DNA of 64,000 nucleotides from an uncultured Acidobacteriota bacterium (GTDB taxonomy: Bacteria; Acidobacteriota; Thermoanaerobaculia; Gp7-AA8), in assembly GCA_963822445.1 (NCBI GenBank), contig CAWGHO010000001.1, positions 192,001 through 256,000 of the forward strand, read 5' to 3'. Below, in pieces: positions 51,232-61,123 of this stretch; the stretch's first letter is position 1, and the number at the start of each line of letters is the position of its first letter. The position numbers and the translations under genes were made by a program. The notes under the pieces are model-generated. The model did not search any database. It worked only from the letters and a program-made list of their open reading frames with translations, and was not told the DNA's origin.

Positions 51232-53865
51232 ATGCCTCTCGAACATGGCGCGCGTCTCGGACCGTACCTCATCGATGCCGAGATCGGCGCCGGTGGAATG
51301 GGCCATGTGTTTCGCGCGACGGACACGCGTCTCGATCGCGCGGTGGCGATCAAGGTTCTTCCCGAGCATCGCTGGAGCGATCCGCAACTCCGCCTGCGAT
51401 TCGAGCGCGAGGCGCGAGCGCTTTCGTCGGTGAGCCATCCCAATCTGTGCGCGCTCTACGACGTCGGTGAGCTCGAGCAGGGCGCGCCATACCTGGTGAT
51501 GGAACTGCTCAAAGGCGAAACGCTGCGAGACCGCCTCGACGCGGGAACGCTCCCCATCCGTAAGGCCCTGGCCTTCGCGTCGCAGATCGCCGCCGGACTG
51601 GCCGCCGCGCACGCGCAGGGCGTGATTCATCGCGACCTGAAGCCGGAGAACATCTTCATCACCAAAGGCGACCTGCTGAAGATCCTCGATTTCGGCCTGG
51701 CCACGCGCGCCACCGGTGCCACCACGCAGCTCATGACCGAGCCGGGCATGGTCATGGGCACGGCGTACTACATGTCGCCGGAGCAGATCCGCGGCACAAC
51801 TCTCGACACCCGCGCCGACATCTTCTCCCTCGGCGTCGTGCTCTTCGAAATGCTCACCGGCGAGGTGCCGTTCGCGCACCGCTCGCCGGTCGAGACGATG
51901 AACGCGGTTCTCACCGAGGAGGCGCCGGATCTGTTACCTGAATCGGTCGACGCATTGGTGCGCCGCTGTCTCGAAAAAGATCCGGAGCAGCGCTTCTCGA
52001 CCGCGCGCGATTTGATGTTCGCGCTCGACGCGGCGGCAAAATCCGTCCCCGCAACCGCCACGCCTACGCCGGCGCGACGATCCCTGCCGCCGGCTTCGGC
52101 AGCCGCGCCGAAGCGCACGCGATTGGTCGTGCTCGCACTGATCCTGGCGAGCATCCTCGCCGCCGCGGTCTTATCGCGAGGCTCGTTCGAGCGCGATGAG
52201 CCCGAGCCGCCGCGACTGCGAACACTCACCTCGTCCGGTCGCGACAGCGCGCCGGCGGCATCACCCGACGGACGCCTGATCGCCTTCATTTCCACGCGCG
52301 ACGGCCGGCCGCGCGTCTGGCTGAAGCAACTCGCCGACGGCACCGAAGCCGCGCTGACCGCAGGTCCGAACGATTCGTCGCCGCGATTCAGCCCCGACGG
52401 ATCAGTCCTGCTCTTCACCCGCGTCGAAAACCTCGCCAGCGCGATCTACCGCATCCCCATCCTCGGCGGCGAGCCGCGCAAACTGGTCGACAACGCGTTC
52501 GACGGCGACTGGTCTCCTGACGCACAACAGATCGCGTTCATCCGCAATCGAGCGGCGAATCAACGCCTGTCCACGCTTTGCCTCGCTTCCGTCAACGGCG
52601 GCGCGGTGCGCGAGATCTACGCGACCGTCGATGACGAGCTCGAAGCGCCGCGCTGGTCGCCCGACGGAAAGTGGATCGCTGTCACAAGCAATCCGCGCGG
52701 CACGAAGCCCGGCGCGATCATGCTCATCGACCCGAGCTCGCGCGAGACGCGCCTGCTTTCGCGCGCGAATCCGCACGGCCTGCTGTCCGGCGCAGCCTGG
52801 GCGAATCGCGGGAAGTCGCTGGTCTACGTCGAGATGGACACGCTCGCCGCCGGGCTGCCCCGCGTGCGCGGAGCGAGTGCCGTCATCCTTCACGACATCT
52901 CCAGCGATCGCGCCCGCGTGCTCCTGCGCAATCCGCACAGCGCCGCGGACACGATCGACGTGGCCGGTGAAGGCCGTCTCGTTTTTTCCGAGGATGTGAC
53001 GCGGCAGAGTCTGCAGGAGGTGCGGCTCGACGGGAGCGCGGGACGCTGGCTGTCGCGCGGCATGAGCGTCGATCGCCAGCCCGCATACGCTCGCGGCGGA
53101 CGAAGCGTGGTCTTCGCGTCGGATCGCGGCGGGAACGTCGATCTGTGGGAGCTGATGCTGGACAGCGGCAGCGTGCGGCGCCTGACGGATCACGCCGCCG
53201 TGGATTGGGATCCACGTCCATCGCCCGATGGAACGTCGCTGCTGTGGAGCTCGAACCGCGGCGGCCACTTCGAGATCTGGACGTCGGCGATCGACGGCTC
53301 GAATCCGCAACAGGTGACGCGCGACGGCGTCGACGCGGAGAACCCCACCCTGCCCGCGGCCAGCGACTGGATTTTCTACGACTCGAGCAATCCGAAGAGC
53401 GAAGGTCTGTGGCGCATCCCCCGCCGCGGCGGTGAAGCGCAACTGGTCGTCGCCGCGGAAACGATTCATCCGGAGGTGTCCGCGGACGGCGCATTCGTGG
53501 TGTATCAGCGCCCCGAAGCCGGCGGGACGTCGGCGCTCGACGTAGTCCGCGTCAGCGATCGGAAGGTGTTCGTGCTCGCATCAGGCTTCACCGGCGTGAC
53601 CACGCTGCGCCCACACTGGATCGGCGCAACACACACGATCGCATTCCGCGCACTCGCACCAAACGGCGGCGTCGCGCTGTTTGCGCAGGAGTTCAAACCA
53701 GGCGAGGACACGAGCGCGACGCGGCGGCAACTGACATCGCCCGAATCGGACTCAGTTGCGGAGACGTTCACGATCTCGCCGGATGGCACTCACGCGATTC
53801 TGTCGGTGATCGAAGAGGCGTCCGGCGTGATGCTCGCCGAGGGCGTGATTGGCGTTGGCCGGTGA
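51232..53865 (+). CDS. Hanks-type Ser/Thr kinase with TM helix and TolB-like beta-propeller
   Basis: GAGGMG, HRDLKPEN, DFGLA, YMSPEQ; SPDG repeats. Confidence 0.93.
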   Translation: MPLEHGARLGPYLIDAEIGAGGMGHVFRATDTRLDRAVAIKVLPEHRWSDPQLRLRFEREARALSSVSHPNLCALYDVGELEQGAPYLVMELLKGETLRDRLDAGTLPIRKALAFASQIAAGLAAAHAQGVIHRDLKPENIFITKGDLLKILDFGLATRATGATTQLMTEPGMVMGTAYYMSPEQIRGTTLDTRADIFSLGVVLFEMLTGEVPFAHRSPVETMNAVLTEEAPDLLPESVDALVRRCLEKDPEQRFSTARDLMFALDAAAKSVPATATPTPARRSLPPASAAAPKRTRLVVLALILASILAAAVLSRGSFERDEPEPPRLRTLTSSGRDSAPAASPDGRLIAFISTRDGRPRVWLKQLADGTEAALTAGPNDSSPRFSPDGSVLLFTRVENLASAIYRIPILGGEPRKLVDNAFDGDWSPDAQQIAFIRNRAANQRLSTLCLASVNGGAVREIYATVDDELEAPRWSPDGKWIAVTSNPRGTKPGAIMLIDPSSRETRLLSRANPHGLLSGAAWANRGKSLVYVEMDTLAAGLPRVRGASAVILHDISSDRARVLLRNPHSAADTIDVAGEGRLVFSEDVTRQSLQEVRLDGSAGRWLSRGMSVDRQPAYARGGRSVVFASDRGGNVDLWELMLDSGSVRRLTDHAAVDWDPRPSPDGTSLLWSSNRGGHFEIWTSAIDGSNPQQVTRDGVDAENPTLPAASDWIFYDSSNPKSEGLWRIPRRGGEAQLVVAAETIHPEVSADGAFVVYQRPEAGGTSALDVVRVSDRKVFVLASGFTGVTTLRPHWIGATHTIAFRALAPNGGVALFAQEFKPGEDTSATRRQLTSPESDSVAETFTISPDGTHAILSVIEEASGVMLAEGVIGVGR

Positions 53866-53868
53866 GGC

Positions 53869-54012
53869 GACCGGGAGGCCTCCGGCGGGCCGGCCACGGG
53901 CCGGCAGGCGCTGGTTGTGCCTTCTGCGGAACTCGCAGTAGCTAGCGCGGATCGCGTTCACGCCAACATCAGCGCTGCCGGCCCGTGGCCGGCCCGCCGG
54001 AGGCCCCTGGTC
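53869..54012. repeat. 144-bp palindromic REPIN/MITE-like element, copy 1
   Basis: Long terminal inverted arms GGCCTCCGGCGGGCCGGCCACGGGCCGGCAG…; near-identical copy at 55933. Confidence 0.88.
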
Positions 54013-54015
54013 AGC

Positions 54016-55245
54016 TCACGGCTCGAGCGCAGCCCGCACCGTCGTCGCAGACGCGGGAGCGATCGAGCGGACGTAAGCGACCTTGCCGTCAGCGAGAAGC
54101 GAGTCGGGATTTTCGACGCGCGACGGCGTCGCCGTGATCCACGCCTCGATTTGCTGCGGCGAGAGATCGGGGCGGTCGGACAGAAGGCGGGCGGCGATCC
54201 CGGCGATGATCGGCGCAGCGAATGACGTGCCGTTCCGCTGATACGGACGGCGGCCGCGGTAGTGATCCGGTGCGGTGATGCTGGCGCTGAAGATCCCCTG
54301 TGCCGGTGCGAGCACTTCCACTCCGCCGCGGCATGTGCCCGTCCAGGCCGTGTTCTGTTGGGTCATGCCGCCGACGGTGATCATCCCTTCCGTCGTGCGC
54401 CCGAGGAGGGCGGGGAAACGGTCGATTACACCGGAGCTGCCGCAGCCGCCGTCCACGTTGTTCGCGGCGACCACGAACAGAAAGCGGCGGCCGTGCGGAT
54501 CAGGGCGGCCGGTCGCGTCCACGCCGGCGATCATGTCGCGGATCTTCTTTTCCACGGCCGCGTACGGGACCACGGCGCGCGTGTCACCGCTCGCGGAGCT
54601 CAGGCGCTCCAGCACCCAGCCGCTGATGTTCACGATGGCCGTGCGGAACAGCGGCGCGCCCGGCGCGTGCGCGTGGCGGATGATCGCGTCGAGACCGTCG
54701 AGGTACGTGCGGGTCGTGGCCAGGCCGCGCTCGTTCATCACGCGGATGCTGACGACCATTGCGCCTGGTGCGACGCCGATGTTGCGTCCGGCGGCGATCG
54801 AGGCCACGCTCGTGCCGTGCGATGCCGCAGCGAGCTCTTCGTAGCTGTCGAAACAGGGGGCGAGCGATTTGTCGTCGCTCGTGCAGCGGGAGTGTCCGAT
54901 CTCGACCGCGGGCGTGGCGTCGAATCCGCCGATCACGCGCGTGCCGCCGGTAGTGGCGAACTCGGAGTGACCGGCCATGATCCCGGTGTCCATCACATAG
55001 ATCACGCTGCCGGTGCCGCTGCCCTGCCGGTTGTACCAGCCGTCCAGCTCGGCGCCGACCTGGTCGACGCGGTCGAGGTGCCACAGCAGCGAGCTCTCCA
55101 CGTCGTCCCCGCAGCGCTCCAGGCGGGCCACGGTGTGGCTGTCAGTCAGGGCCACTTCCGTCTCGGCGCAGTGAGTGGAGACCACCTGCGCTTCCACCAC
55201 GAGCGGGCAGACGACGAACAGTACGGCAACCGCGAACCGCTGCAC
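54016..55245 (-). CDS. S8 (subtilisin-like) serine peptidase
   Basis: VMDTG, HGTSVAS, AANN, GTSFAAP; signal peptide. Start approximate. Confidence 0.9.
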   Translation of the reverse strand: MQRFAVAVLFVVCPLVVEAQVVSTHCAETEVALTDSHTVARLERCGDDVESSLLWHLDRVDQVGAELDGWYNRQGSGTGSVIYVMDTGIMAGHSEFATTGGTRVIGGFDATPAVEIGHSRCTSDDKSLAPCFDSYEELAAASHGTSVASIAAGRNIGVAPGAMVVSIRVMNERGLATTRTYLDGLDAIIRHAHAPGAPLFRTAIVNISGWVLERLSSASGDTRAVVPYAAVEKKIRDMIAGVDATGRPDPHGRRFLFVVAANNVDGGCGSSGVIDRFPALLGRTTEGMITVGGMTQQNTAWTGTCRGGVEVLAPAQGIFSASITAPDHYRGRRPYQRNGTSFAAPIIAGIAARLLSDRPDLSPQQIEAWITATPSRVENPDSLLADGKVAYVRSIAPASATTVRAALEP

Positions 55246-55361
55246 GCTCGAACGTGGCAACAGATGCTCCCTGACGGCTTGAATTTTTGGACGTCTTTGG
55301 ACGAGACGCTTGCTTACGATGCAGGAAGCGGAAGGCGAACGCAAGAAAATTTATTCGCACC

Positions 55362-55928
55362 ATGAACCATCTCGCGCATTTGTTTCTGGCCGGCCCGACG
55401 GCGGAGTCGCTGATCGGAAATCTGTCCGGCGATTTCGTGAAAGGAGCGATCGGCGATCGTTTCCCGCCGGGCATCGCCGCGGGCATCGCCCAGCACCGAA
55501 GGATCGATGCGTTCACCGATGCGCACCCGAGCGTGGCCGCGTTCCGCCGCGTGCTCACGCCGGAGCATGGGCACTACGCGCGGGTGATCTCGGACATCTT
55601 CTTCGATCACTTCCTCGCGTCCCGCTTCGACGAGCTCGGCGGGGAGCCGCTGGATGCCTTTCTCGCGCGGACGTTCGCAATGATCGACCCGCACGCCGAT
55701 TCACTGCCGGGGATGCTGCGCTTCATTTACCCGCGCATCCGCGACGAGCGCTGGCTGCAGTCGTATCGCGAGCTCGCCGGGATTCACGGCGCGCTGGCCA
55801 ACATCTCCCGCCGTTTTTCTCGGCGGCCGCGGCTGGAGACGGCGACGCGGCATCTCGTCGATTCGCGGGCCGAGCTGGAGGGGCATTTCGACAGGTTTTT
55901 TCCTGACGTGATTTCGCTAGGACGATAG
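55362..55928 (+). CDS. acpH: Acyl carrier protein phosphodiesterase
   Basis: MNHLAHL, GN..GDFVKG, HRRIDAFTD, D.FFDHFLA. Confidence 0.9.
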   Translation: MNHLAHLFLAGPTAESLIGNLSGDFVKGAIGDRFPPGIAAGIAQHRRIDAFTDAHPSVAAFRRVLTPEHGHYARVISDIFFDHFLASRFDELGGEPLDAFLARTFAMIDPHADSLPGMLRFIYPRIRDERWLQSYRELAGIHGALANISRRFSRRPRLETATRHLVDSRAELEGHFDRFFPDVISLGR

Positions 55929-55932
55929 GACC

Positions 55933-56076
55933 GACCGGGGGCCTCCGGTGGGCCGGCCACGGGCCGGCAGGCGCTGGTTGTGCCTTCTGCCGAGCTCGCG
56001 GTAGCTAGAGCGGATCGCGTTCACGCCAACATCAGCGCCTGCCGGCCCGTGGCCGGCCCGCCGGAGGCCCCTCGTC
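55933..56076. repeat. 144-bp palindromic REPIN/MITE-like element, copy 2
   Basis: Same arms and same spacer as 53869..54012, same orientation, few substitutions. Confidence 0.88.
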
Positions 56077-56100
56077 GTCCCCTCGCGTTAGCATCACGGA

Positions 56101-56559
56101 GTGAAAAGCCTGCAGGAAACCTACGCTCCGAACAACCGCTGCTTCGGCTGCGGTCCGGCCAACGACAAAGGCCTGCGCATCCGCAGCTTCGAAGAAGGCG
56201 ACGAGCTCGTGTGCGACTGGACGCCCGAGCCGCACCACGTCGCCTTCGAAGGCATCGTCAACGGCGGGATCATCGGCTCGCTCCTCGATTGCCATTCCAA
56301 CTGGACCGCGGCGAGACATCTGATGAAGAAACGCGAGGCCGCGGAGCTGCCGGCCACGGTCACGCTCGACTTTCACGTCACCCTCAAACGGCCCACACCG
56401 ATGGGCACGCCGCTGCATCTCCGGGCCAGAGTGGTCGAGTCCGGTGAGGATCGTGCGGTGATCGAGGCGACGCTCGAGGCGAACGGCAAAGTGACCGCGA
56501 CCTGCCGCGGCACATTCGTGGCCGTGAAGGAAGGCCATCCCGCCTATTTTCGTTGGTAG
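56101..56559 (+). CDS. PaaI family thioesterase
   Basis: CFGCG..N..GL, NGGII..LLD hotdog motif. Confidence 0.9.
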   Translation: MKSLQETYAPNNRCFGCGPANDKGLRIRSFEEGDELVCDWTPEPHHVAFEGIVNGGIIGSLLDCHSNWTAARHLMKKREAAELPATVTLDFHVTLKRPTPMGTPLHLRARVVESGEDRAVIEATLEANGKVTATCRGTFVAVKEGHPAYFRW

Positions 56560-56564
56560 CCGGG

Positions 56565-57779
56565 ATGACCCACCGGGCCGGTGCCCTTCTCCTGATCCTC
56601 CTCTCCATGTTTCCCCTTGGCGCACGCGTGCGTTCCGTCCGTTCGGGCGAGAGCGAGACGCCGGCGCAGTGGCTGCGCGCGAGGGCGGTCAGCGATGCTC
56701 AGTTCGCCGATCTGACGCGAAACGCGCGCGTGGTCGCGCTCGGCGATGCTACGCACGGAACGCATGAGACCTACACCGCAAAACAACGGCTGATTCCTCT
56801 CCTGGTCGCGAATGGCTTTCGCACGATCGCTTTCGAGGCACCGTTCGCGGAATGGGCGAAGCTCGATGAATACGTGCTGCACGGCACGGGGGATCCCGGC
56901 GCGGCGCTGCAGTTTGCGCAGTACTGGTTCTGGGACACGAACGAGGTCCTGGCCATCATCGAGTGGGCCCGCGAGCAGAACGAGGCCGGGCTCACGCCGC
57001 CGATCCGCATCACCGGCGTCGACTCCACGGAGCCCGCCAGCGCCGCGAGACTGGTGGTCGACTATCTCCGCCGCGACGACCCGACCTTCGCGACGGAAGT
57101 CGAGCAGAGTTACGCCTGCCTCTCGCAGATCTCTGCCGGCAACAACTGGTGCCGGAACCTGATGGGATCGGTGCTCGCAGCGCTCCAGGCGAAGGGCGTT
57201 CCCGATGAGATTCTCCACATCGCCCGCGTGGTCGAGCAGGGCGAGCAGGTCATCGCCACGAACAACCGCGCGCGCGATGAGTTCATGGCCGAGAACATCC
57301 TCTGGCACCTCGACCGCGGCGAGAAAATCATCATCCTCGGACACAACGAGCACTGGGGCCAGACGCCGTACCGCCTCGTGCGTCCCACGCTGATCAAGAG
57401 CGCCGGCGGCTATCTCTCGGACTCTCTGGGCGACGCGTACTTTTCGCTCGGATCCGTCCTCCTCGACGGAACGTTCCTGGCCATCGACTACGAACGCGGC
57501 TACGGCGAGATCCGCCCGCAGATCATGACGCCCCCCTCCCTCGACGACTTCGGCACGCTCTTCGACCAGGCCGGCCGCGACTCGATGATCGTCCCTCTGC
57601 GCGGCGCTCTCCCGCACTGGCTCGCCGGCACGCACCGCATGCGCATCGCAGGATCTTCGGTCCAGTCGCGCGCGAAGACGACGCTCGATCTCGAAGCGGA
57701 TTTCGGGAAGAAGTTCGATGCCGTGCTGTACGTGAGGACGTCGACGCCGACGCGGTTGCGGCACTGGCCGTTGTTCTAG
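56565..57779 (+). CDS. Erythromycin esterase family protein
   Basis: VVALGDATHGTHE, IAFE, RDEFMAENI, GHNEH, FDAVLYV. Confidence 0.87.
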   Translation: MTHRAGALLLILLSMFPLGARVRSVRSGESETPAQWLRARAVSDAQFADLTRNARVVALGDATHGTHETYTAKQRLIPLLVANGFRTIAFEAPFAEWAKLDEYVLHGTGDPGAALQFAQYWFWDTNEVLAIIEWAREQNEAGLTPPIRITGVDSTEPASAARLVVDYLRRDDPTFATEVEQSYACLSQISAGNNWCRNLMGSVLAALQAKGVPDEILHIARVVEQGEQVIATNNRARDEFMAENILWHLDRGEKIIILGHNEHWGQTPYRLVRPTLIKSAGGYLSDSLGDAYFSLGSVLLDGTFLAIDYERGYGEIRPQIMTPPSLDDFGTLFDQAGRDSMIVPLRGALPHWLAGTHRMRIAGSSVQSRAKTTLDLEADFGKKFDAVLYVRTSTPTRLRHWPLF

Positions 57780-57838
57780 GAATCTCACCGGCCTGGATTC
57801 CCGTTGACCTATCCGCCAATGGCGCATAGCCTTGAAGC

Positions 57839-58040
57839 ATGCTCGAGTTCCGTGAGACCGCCATCTTCACGCGGGACATTACGGTCCTCCTCTCCGAAGA
57901 CGTGTACGCGGAGCTGCAAGGTGCATTGGTCGTACAGCCCGACTTACATGTTGCTGGCGTACTCCAAAGACGAGCAGGACGATCTCTCCGCAAGACAGAA
58001 ACGTGCTCTCGCCCAGCTTGTGAAGGAGGAGTTCAAATGA
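57839..58040 (+). pseudogene. RelE/HigB-2-type toxin with internal deletion and frameshift
   Basis: MLEFRETAIFTR…ELQ..L..QPD joined out of frame to YMLLAYSKDEQDDLS…LVKEEFK*; the central RKxR/GKRGG.RVIY segment is absent. Confidence 0.8.
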
Positions 58041-58345
58041 AGAAGGAACTGTTCGAGGACCTCGTCACAAGCGTCAAACAGGCAGGAAAGATCCATCGAG
58101 GACAAACGGCGCCGTCACGCGCGTTTGTCTTTCAGCCGGAAGACGTCCGGCAGATCCGCGAAAAGCTGAAGAAATCCCAATCCGAATTCGCTCGGATGAT
58201 TGGCGTCAGCGTATCGACACTCCAAAACTGGGAACAGGGCAGACGGCAGCCGGAAGGCCCAGCGCGAGCGCTGCTGGTCGTCGCCTCCAAGGCACCTCGA
58301 GTCGTCGCAAAGGCTTTGGCCGAAGCAACTCGCCGCGCTTCCTGA
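58037..58345 (+). CDS. HigA-type XRE antitoxin
   Basis: SQSEFARMIGVSVSTLQNWEQGRRQP; GGAGG RBS and ATGA overlap with the toxin remnant. Confidence 0.88.
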   Translation: MKKELFEDLVTSVKQAGKIHRGQTAPSRAFVFQPEDVRQIREKLKKSQSEFARMIGVSVSTLQNWEQGRRQPEGPARALLVVASKAPRVVAKALAEATRRAS

Positions 58346-58429
58346 TCCATGCCCGTCGTCCGCCGCTCAGCCGCGCGAAGCGCCGGCTGCTGCGCGGACA
58401 GATATCCCGGCGCGAAGCGTCACGGGATG

Positions 58430-59335
58430 TCACCCGTTCGCTTGTAACTCGAACAGGATCTCGTCGATCGCGTCGGCGGCACGTTCCAGCGGCAGGATGC
58501 ACGTGCCCGCCCCTTTGTGCCCGCCGCCGCCGTACTTCGACATCAGGTCGCCCACAGACGTGTTGCACGTGCGGTTGAAGATGCTGTGGCCCACCGCGGC
58601 CACGACCGTGTCGTGGCGCGGGCCCCAGTGCACGCGCAGCGAGACGTTCGCATCGGGGAAGAGCGTGTAGACCAGGAAGCGGTTGCCGGCCGGCAGGCGC
58701 TCGATCTCGCGCAGGTCGGTCACCACCACATTGTTGATCTGGAAACTGTTGCGGCTCAGGAGGTGCTTGAACGACGCCTGGTCCGCGCGGATCCGCTCGA
58801 TGCGCTCGCGCACCACCGGCTGCTGCAGCACTTCCTCGATCGACATCGTCTTCAGCCACTCCACGAGCTGCCTGAAGTAATCGTCGAAACCGCCGAGGCC
58901 CGTGCGGCTGTCGATCGTGTAGCCGAGGAGGATGTAGTCGTTCGGATTCTCGACGTCGTCGGGCGTCAGTTGCGCGGCGTCGAGACGGTCCGTTTCGTCG
59001 ACCAGACGCGCGAGTCGCAGCAGCTTCTCGTCGGTCGGGTCCTTCTCCAGGTAGTACTCGTAAACCAGCCGCGCGGCCGACGGCGCGAGCCGGTACCGGC
59101 CGCGGAAATCCTCGGGCGGTTTCTGATTGCTCTCCGTCAAAAGGTGATGGTCGAACCACATCGCCGCGCGGGGGTCGTACGGCAGATTGGCGAGGATGTC
59201 GTCCGGACGCAGATCGACCGCCTTGTCGGTGATGTCCTGCGGATGTACGAGCAGGATGTCGTCGACCGGCTCCTTCATCGTGATGATGACGGCGCTAGTC
59301 AGTCCATCGAGGTCACCACGCGTGACCAGGCGCAT
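58430..59335 (-). CDS. DHH-family phosphoesterase (exopolyphosphatase/nanoRNase-like)
   Basis: DLDG, FDHH, GGGGHKGAGTC. Confidence 0.9.
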   Translation of the reverse strand: MRLVTRGDLDGLTSAVIITMKEPVDDILLVHPQDITDKAVDLRPDDILANLPYDPRAAMWFDHHLLTESNQKPPEDFRGRYRLAPSAARLVYEYYLEKDPTDEKLLRLARLVDETDRLDAAQLTPDDVENPNDYILLGYTIDSRTGLGGFDDYFRQLVEWLKTMSIEEVLQQPVVRERIERIRADQASFKHLLSRNSFQINNVVVTDLREIERLPAGNRFLVYTLFPDANVSLRVHWGPRHDTVVAAVGHSIFNRTCNTSVGDLMSKYGGGGHKGAGTCILPLERAADAIDEILFELQANG

Positions 59336-59359
59336 CGCGGTAACGGTCCTCCGAAGAAC

Positions 59360-59950
59360 CTACTTTTTACCTCTGCGGCGACGCGGGCGCAAGGGCGGCG
59401 CGGCCGCGTCAGGTCCGCGGAACGCCCACCACAGCGCGAAGGCAATGGCATACATAAACACCAATCGATAGAAGTGGCTGCCCACGCCCCAGACGTTCCG
59501 CTCGAAGTCGCTGTAGTTGACCGTGCTCCACATTCCCAGCTTCGCCACGTAGATCGACATTACTTCCGTCACCGCGCCGAGAACGTGTGTGATCGACAGA
59601 ATCAGCGCGGCCACGAGGAACCCGCCGATGTTGCGATCGGAGAACGTCTGTTTGCTCGCCGCGAAGAGCGCGGTCAGCAGAACGAAGTTGAAAGTCAGGT
59701 CGCGCAGAGGCATGCCGGGGCGCTTCGACTTCGGATCGAAGTCGCGGCGATCGACGGTGATGTTCCCGTCCGCCGCGCGGCTCAGTCGCGTCACGTCGGG
59801 ACTCTCGAATGCATTGAGAGTCTTCTGCGCGAGCGCGGCGATGCCGCGGTCGTAGAGCGGGGTGAGCGCGACGTAGATGGCCAGGCCGGCGGCGAAGCCC
59901 GCCAGCGCCTTAAGCGCTGTTCGCCACGCGAGCGGGGGCAACGCGCGCAC
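59360..59950 (-). CDS. Exosortase H-associated membrane protein
   Basis: Multi-TM ORF overlapping and co-oriented with the exosortase. Confidence 0.7.
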   Translation of the reverse strand: MRALPPLAWRTALKALAGFAAGLAIYVALTPLYDRGIAALAQKTLNAFESPDVTRLSRAADGNITVDRRDFDPKSKRPGMPLRDLTFNFVLLTALFAASKQTFSDRNIGGFLVAALILSITHVLGAVTEVMSIYVAKLGMWSTVNYSDFERNVWGVGSHFYRLVFMYAIAFALWWAFRGPDAAAPPLRPRRRRGKK

Positions 59951-60413
59951 TCCAGGCCAGGAAGAATCCGATGGCGGCCATGATGATCACGATCTGCCAG
60001 ACGGCTGTGTGAAAGAGGTCGAAGAGCTTCGGCTGATACGCGCCGAGGAGGTAGAGGGTGATGATGCGGATGGCGTTGAGGGCCTGCACGGCGAGCGCGC
60101 CGAGGGCCAGGCCGATCGCCCGCGCCTTCAGCGAGGCCGGGAAGGCCACGATCGACGCGAGCAGGATCAGCATCGCTTCGACACCGTTGCAGCCGTTGTT
60201 GATGTTGACCGCGAAGCGGGACGAGCGGATCACCGTGCCGGTGACCGTCACGTCCTCGCCGATCAGCTTCAGCAGCGCGCCGGAAGTTCTGGCGATGCCG
60301 GCCGTGAAGGGCACGATCACGTTGTCGTTCACCGGACTCCAGGCGATGAGCAGGTACGCGGCGATGAGAACGGCGAAGAATTTGACGAGGAAGAGGACCT
60401 GAGGCTTTTTCAT
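59910..60413 (-). CDS. xrtH: Exosortase H
   Basis: NGCNGVEA catalytic Cys, N.IRIITL Arg, H..VWQ His. Confidence 0.87.
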   Translation of the reverse strand: MKKPQVLFLVKFFAVLIAAYLLIAWSPVNDNVIVPFTAGIARTSGALLKLIGEDVTVTGTVIRSSRFAVNINNGCNGVEAMLILLASIVAFPASLKARAIGLALGALAVQALNAIRIITLYLLGAYQPKLFDLFHTAVWQIVIIMAAIGFFLAWSARVAPARVANSA

Positions 60414-61123
60414 GAACCGCCGCGCATGGTACCAGCCAACGCAACCGCAACCGCCGTCTCCACCCGCAGAATGCGCTCGCCGAGGGAGACCGTGACAAAG
60501 CCGATCCGCTCCAGCGACGCAATCTCCTCGGCGATGAACCCGCCCTCCGGTCCGATGGCGATCGTCAGCGGCTGCCCGGGGACGATGTGACCCGTTCCGC
60601 CGGGATGGGCGACCAGCGCCGTGCTGCCGTCGATGATCGACGGGAGCTCATCCTCGACGAAGGTCCGGAAGAAACGGCGCAACTCGATTGAGGGAAGGAT
60701 CGTGTCCCTGGCCTGCTCCAGCCCCAGCACCCGCTGCATCATCAGGTTCTCCGCGGAGAGCCGCGGCGATTTCCAGTAACTCTTCTCCACCCGCCAGGCG
60801 TTGATGAGGAAGATCCGCTTCACGCCGAGCGAGGTGGCGCTGGCGATCACGCGATTGAGGACTTTCGGACGCGGTAACGCGAGGACGAGCGTGGCCTCGA
60901 GTGCCTTCGGCGGATCGCGATCGATGGTCAGCCGCATTTCCAGCGCCTCAGCGTCGATGCGGGTCACTTCTCCCCTGCCCATCCGGCCTCCGGCGATCCC
61001 GACGGCGAGCGTGTCGCCGACCATTGCCCGATGCACGCTGGTGACATGCGCGAGACGCCGGCCGGTGAGGCGGACGTGGTCTTCGGAGAGGAAGTCTTCG
61101 GGGAAGAGGAGGATCAGATTCAA
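60410..61123 (-). CDS. rsmE: 16S rRNA m3U1498 methyltransferase
   Basis: IGPEGGF…SLGERILRVETA. Confidence 0.93.
   Translation of the reverse strand: MNLILLFPEDFLSEDHVRLTGRRLAHVTSVHRAMVGDTLAVGIAGGRMGRGEVTRIDAEALEMRLTIDRDPPKALEATLVLALPRPKVLNRVIASATSLGVKRIFLINAWRVEKSYWKSPRLSAENLMMQRVLGLEQARDTILPSIELRRFFRTFVEDELPSIIDGSTALVAHPGGTGHIVPGQPLTIAIGPEGGFIAEEIASLERIGFVTVSLGERILRVETAVAVALAGTMRGGS

Noticed and set aside
56565-57779. Macrolide resistance gene (ereA/ereB)
   Set aside because: Only family-level motifs are visible; the protein looks secreted and has no mobile context, so resistance cannot be claimed.
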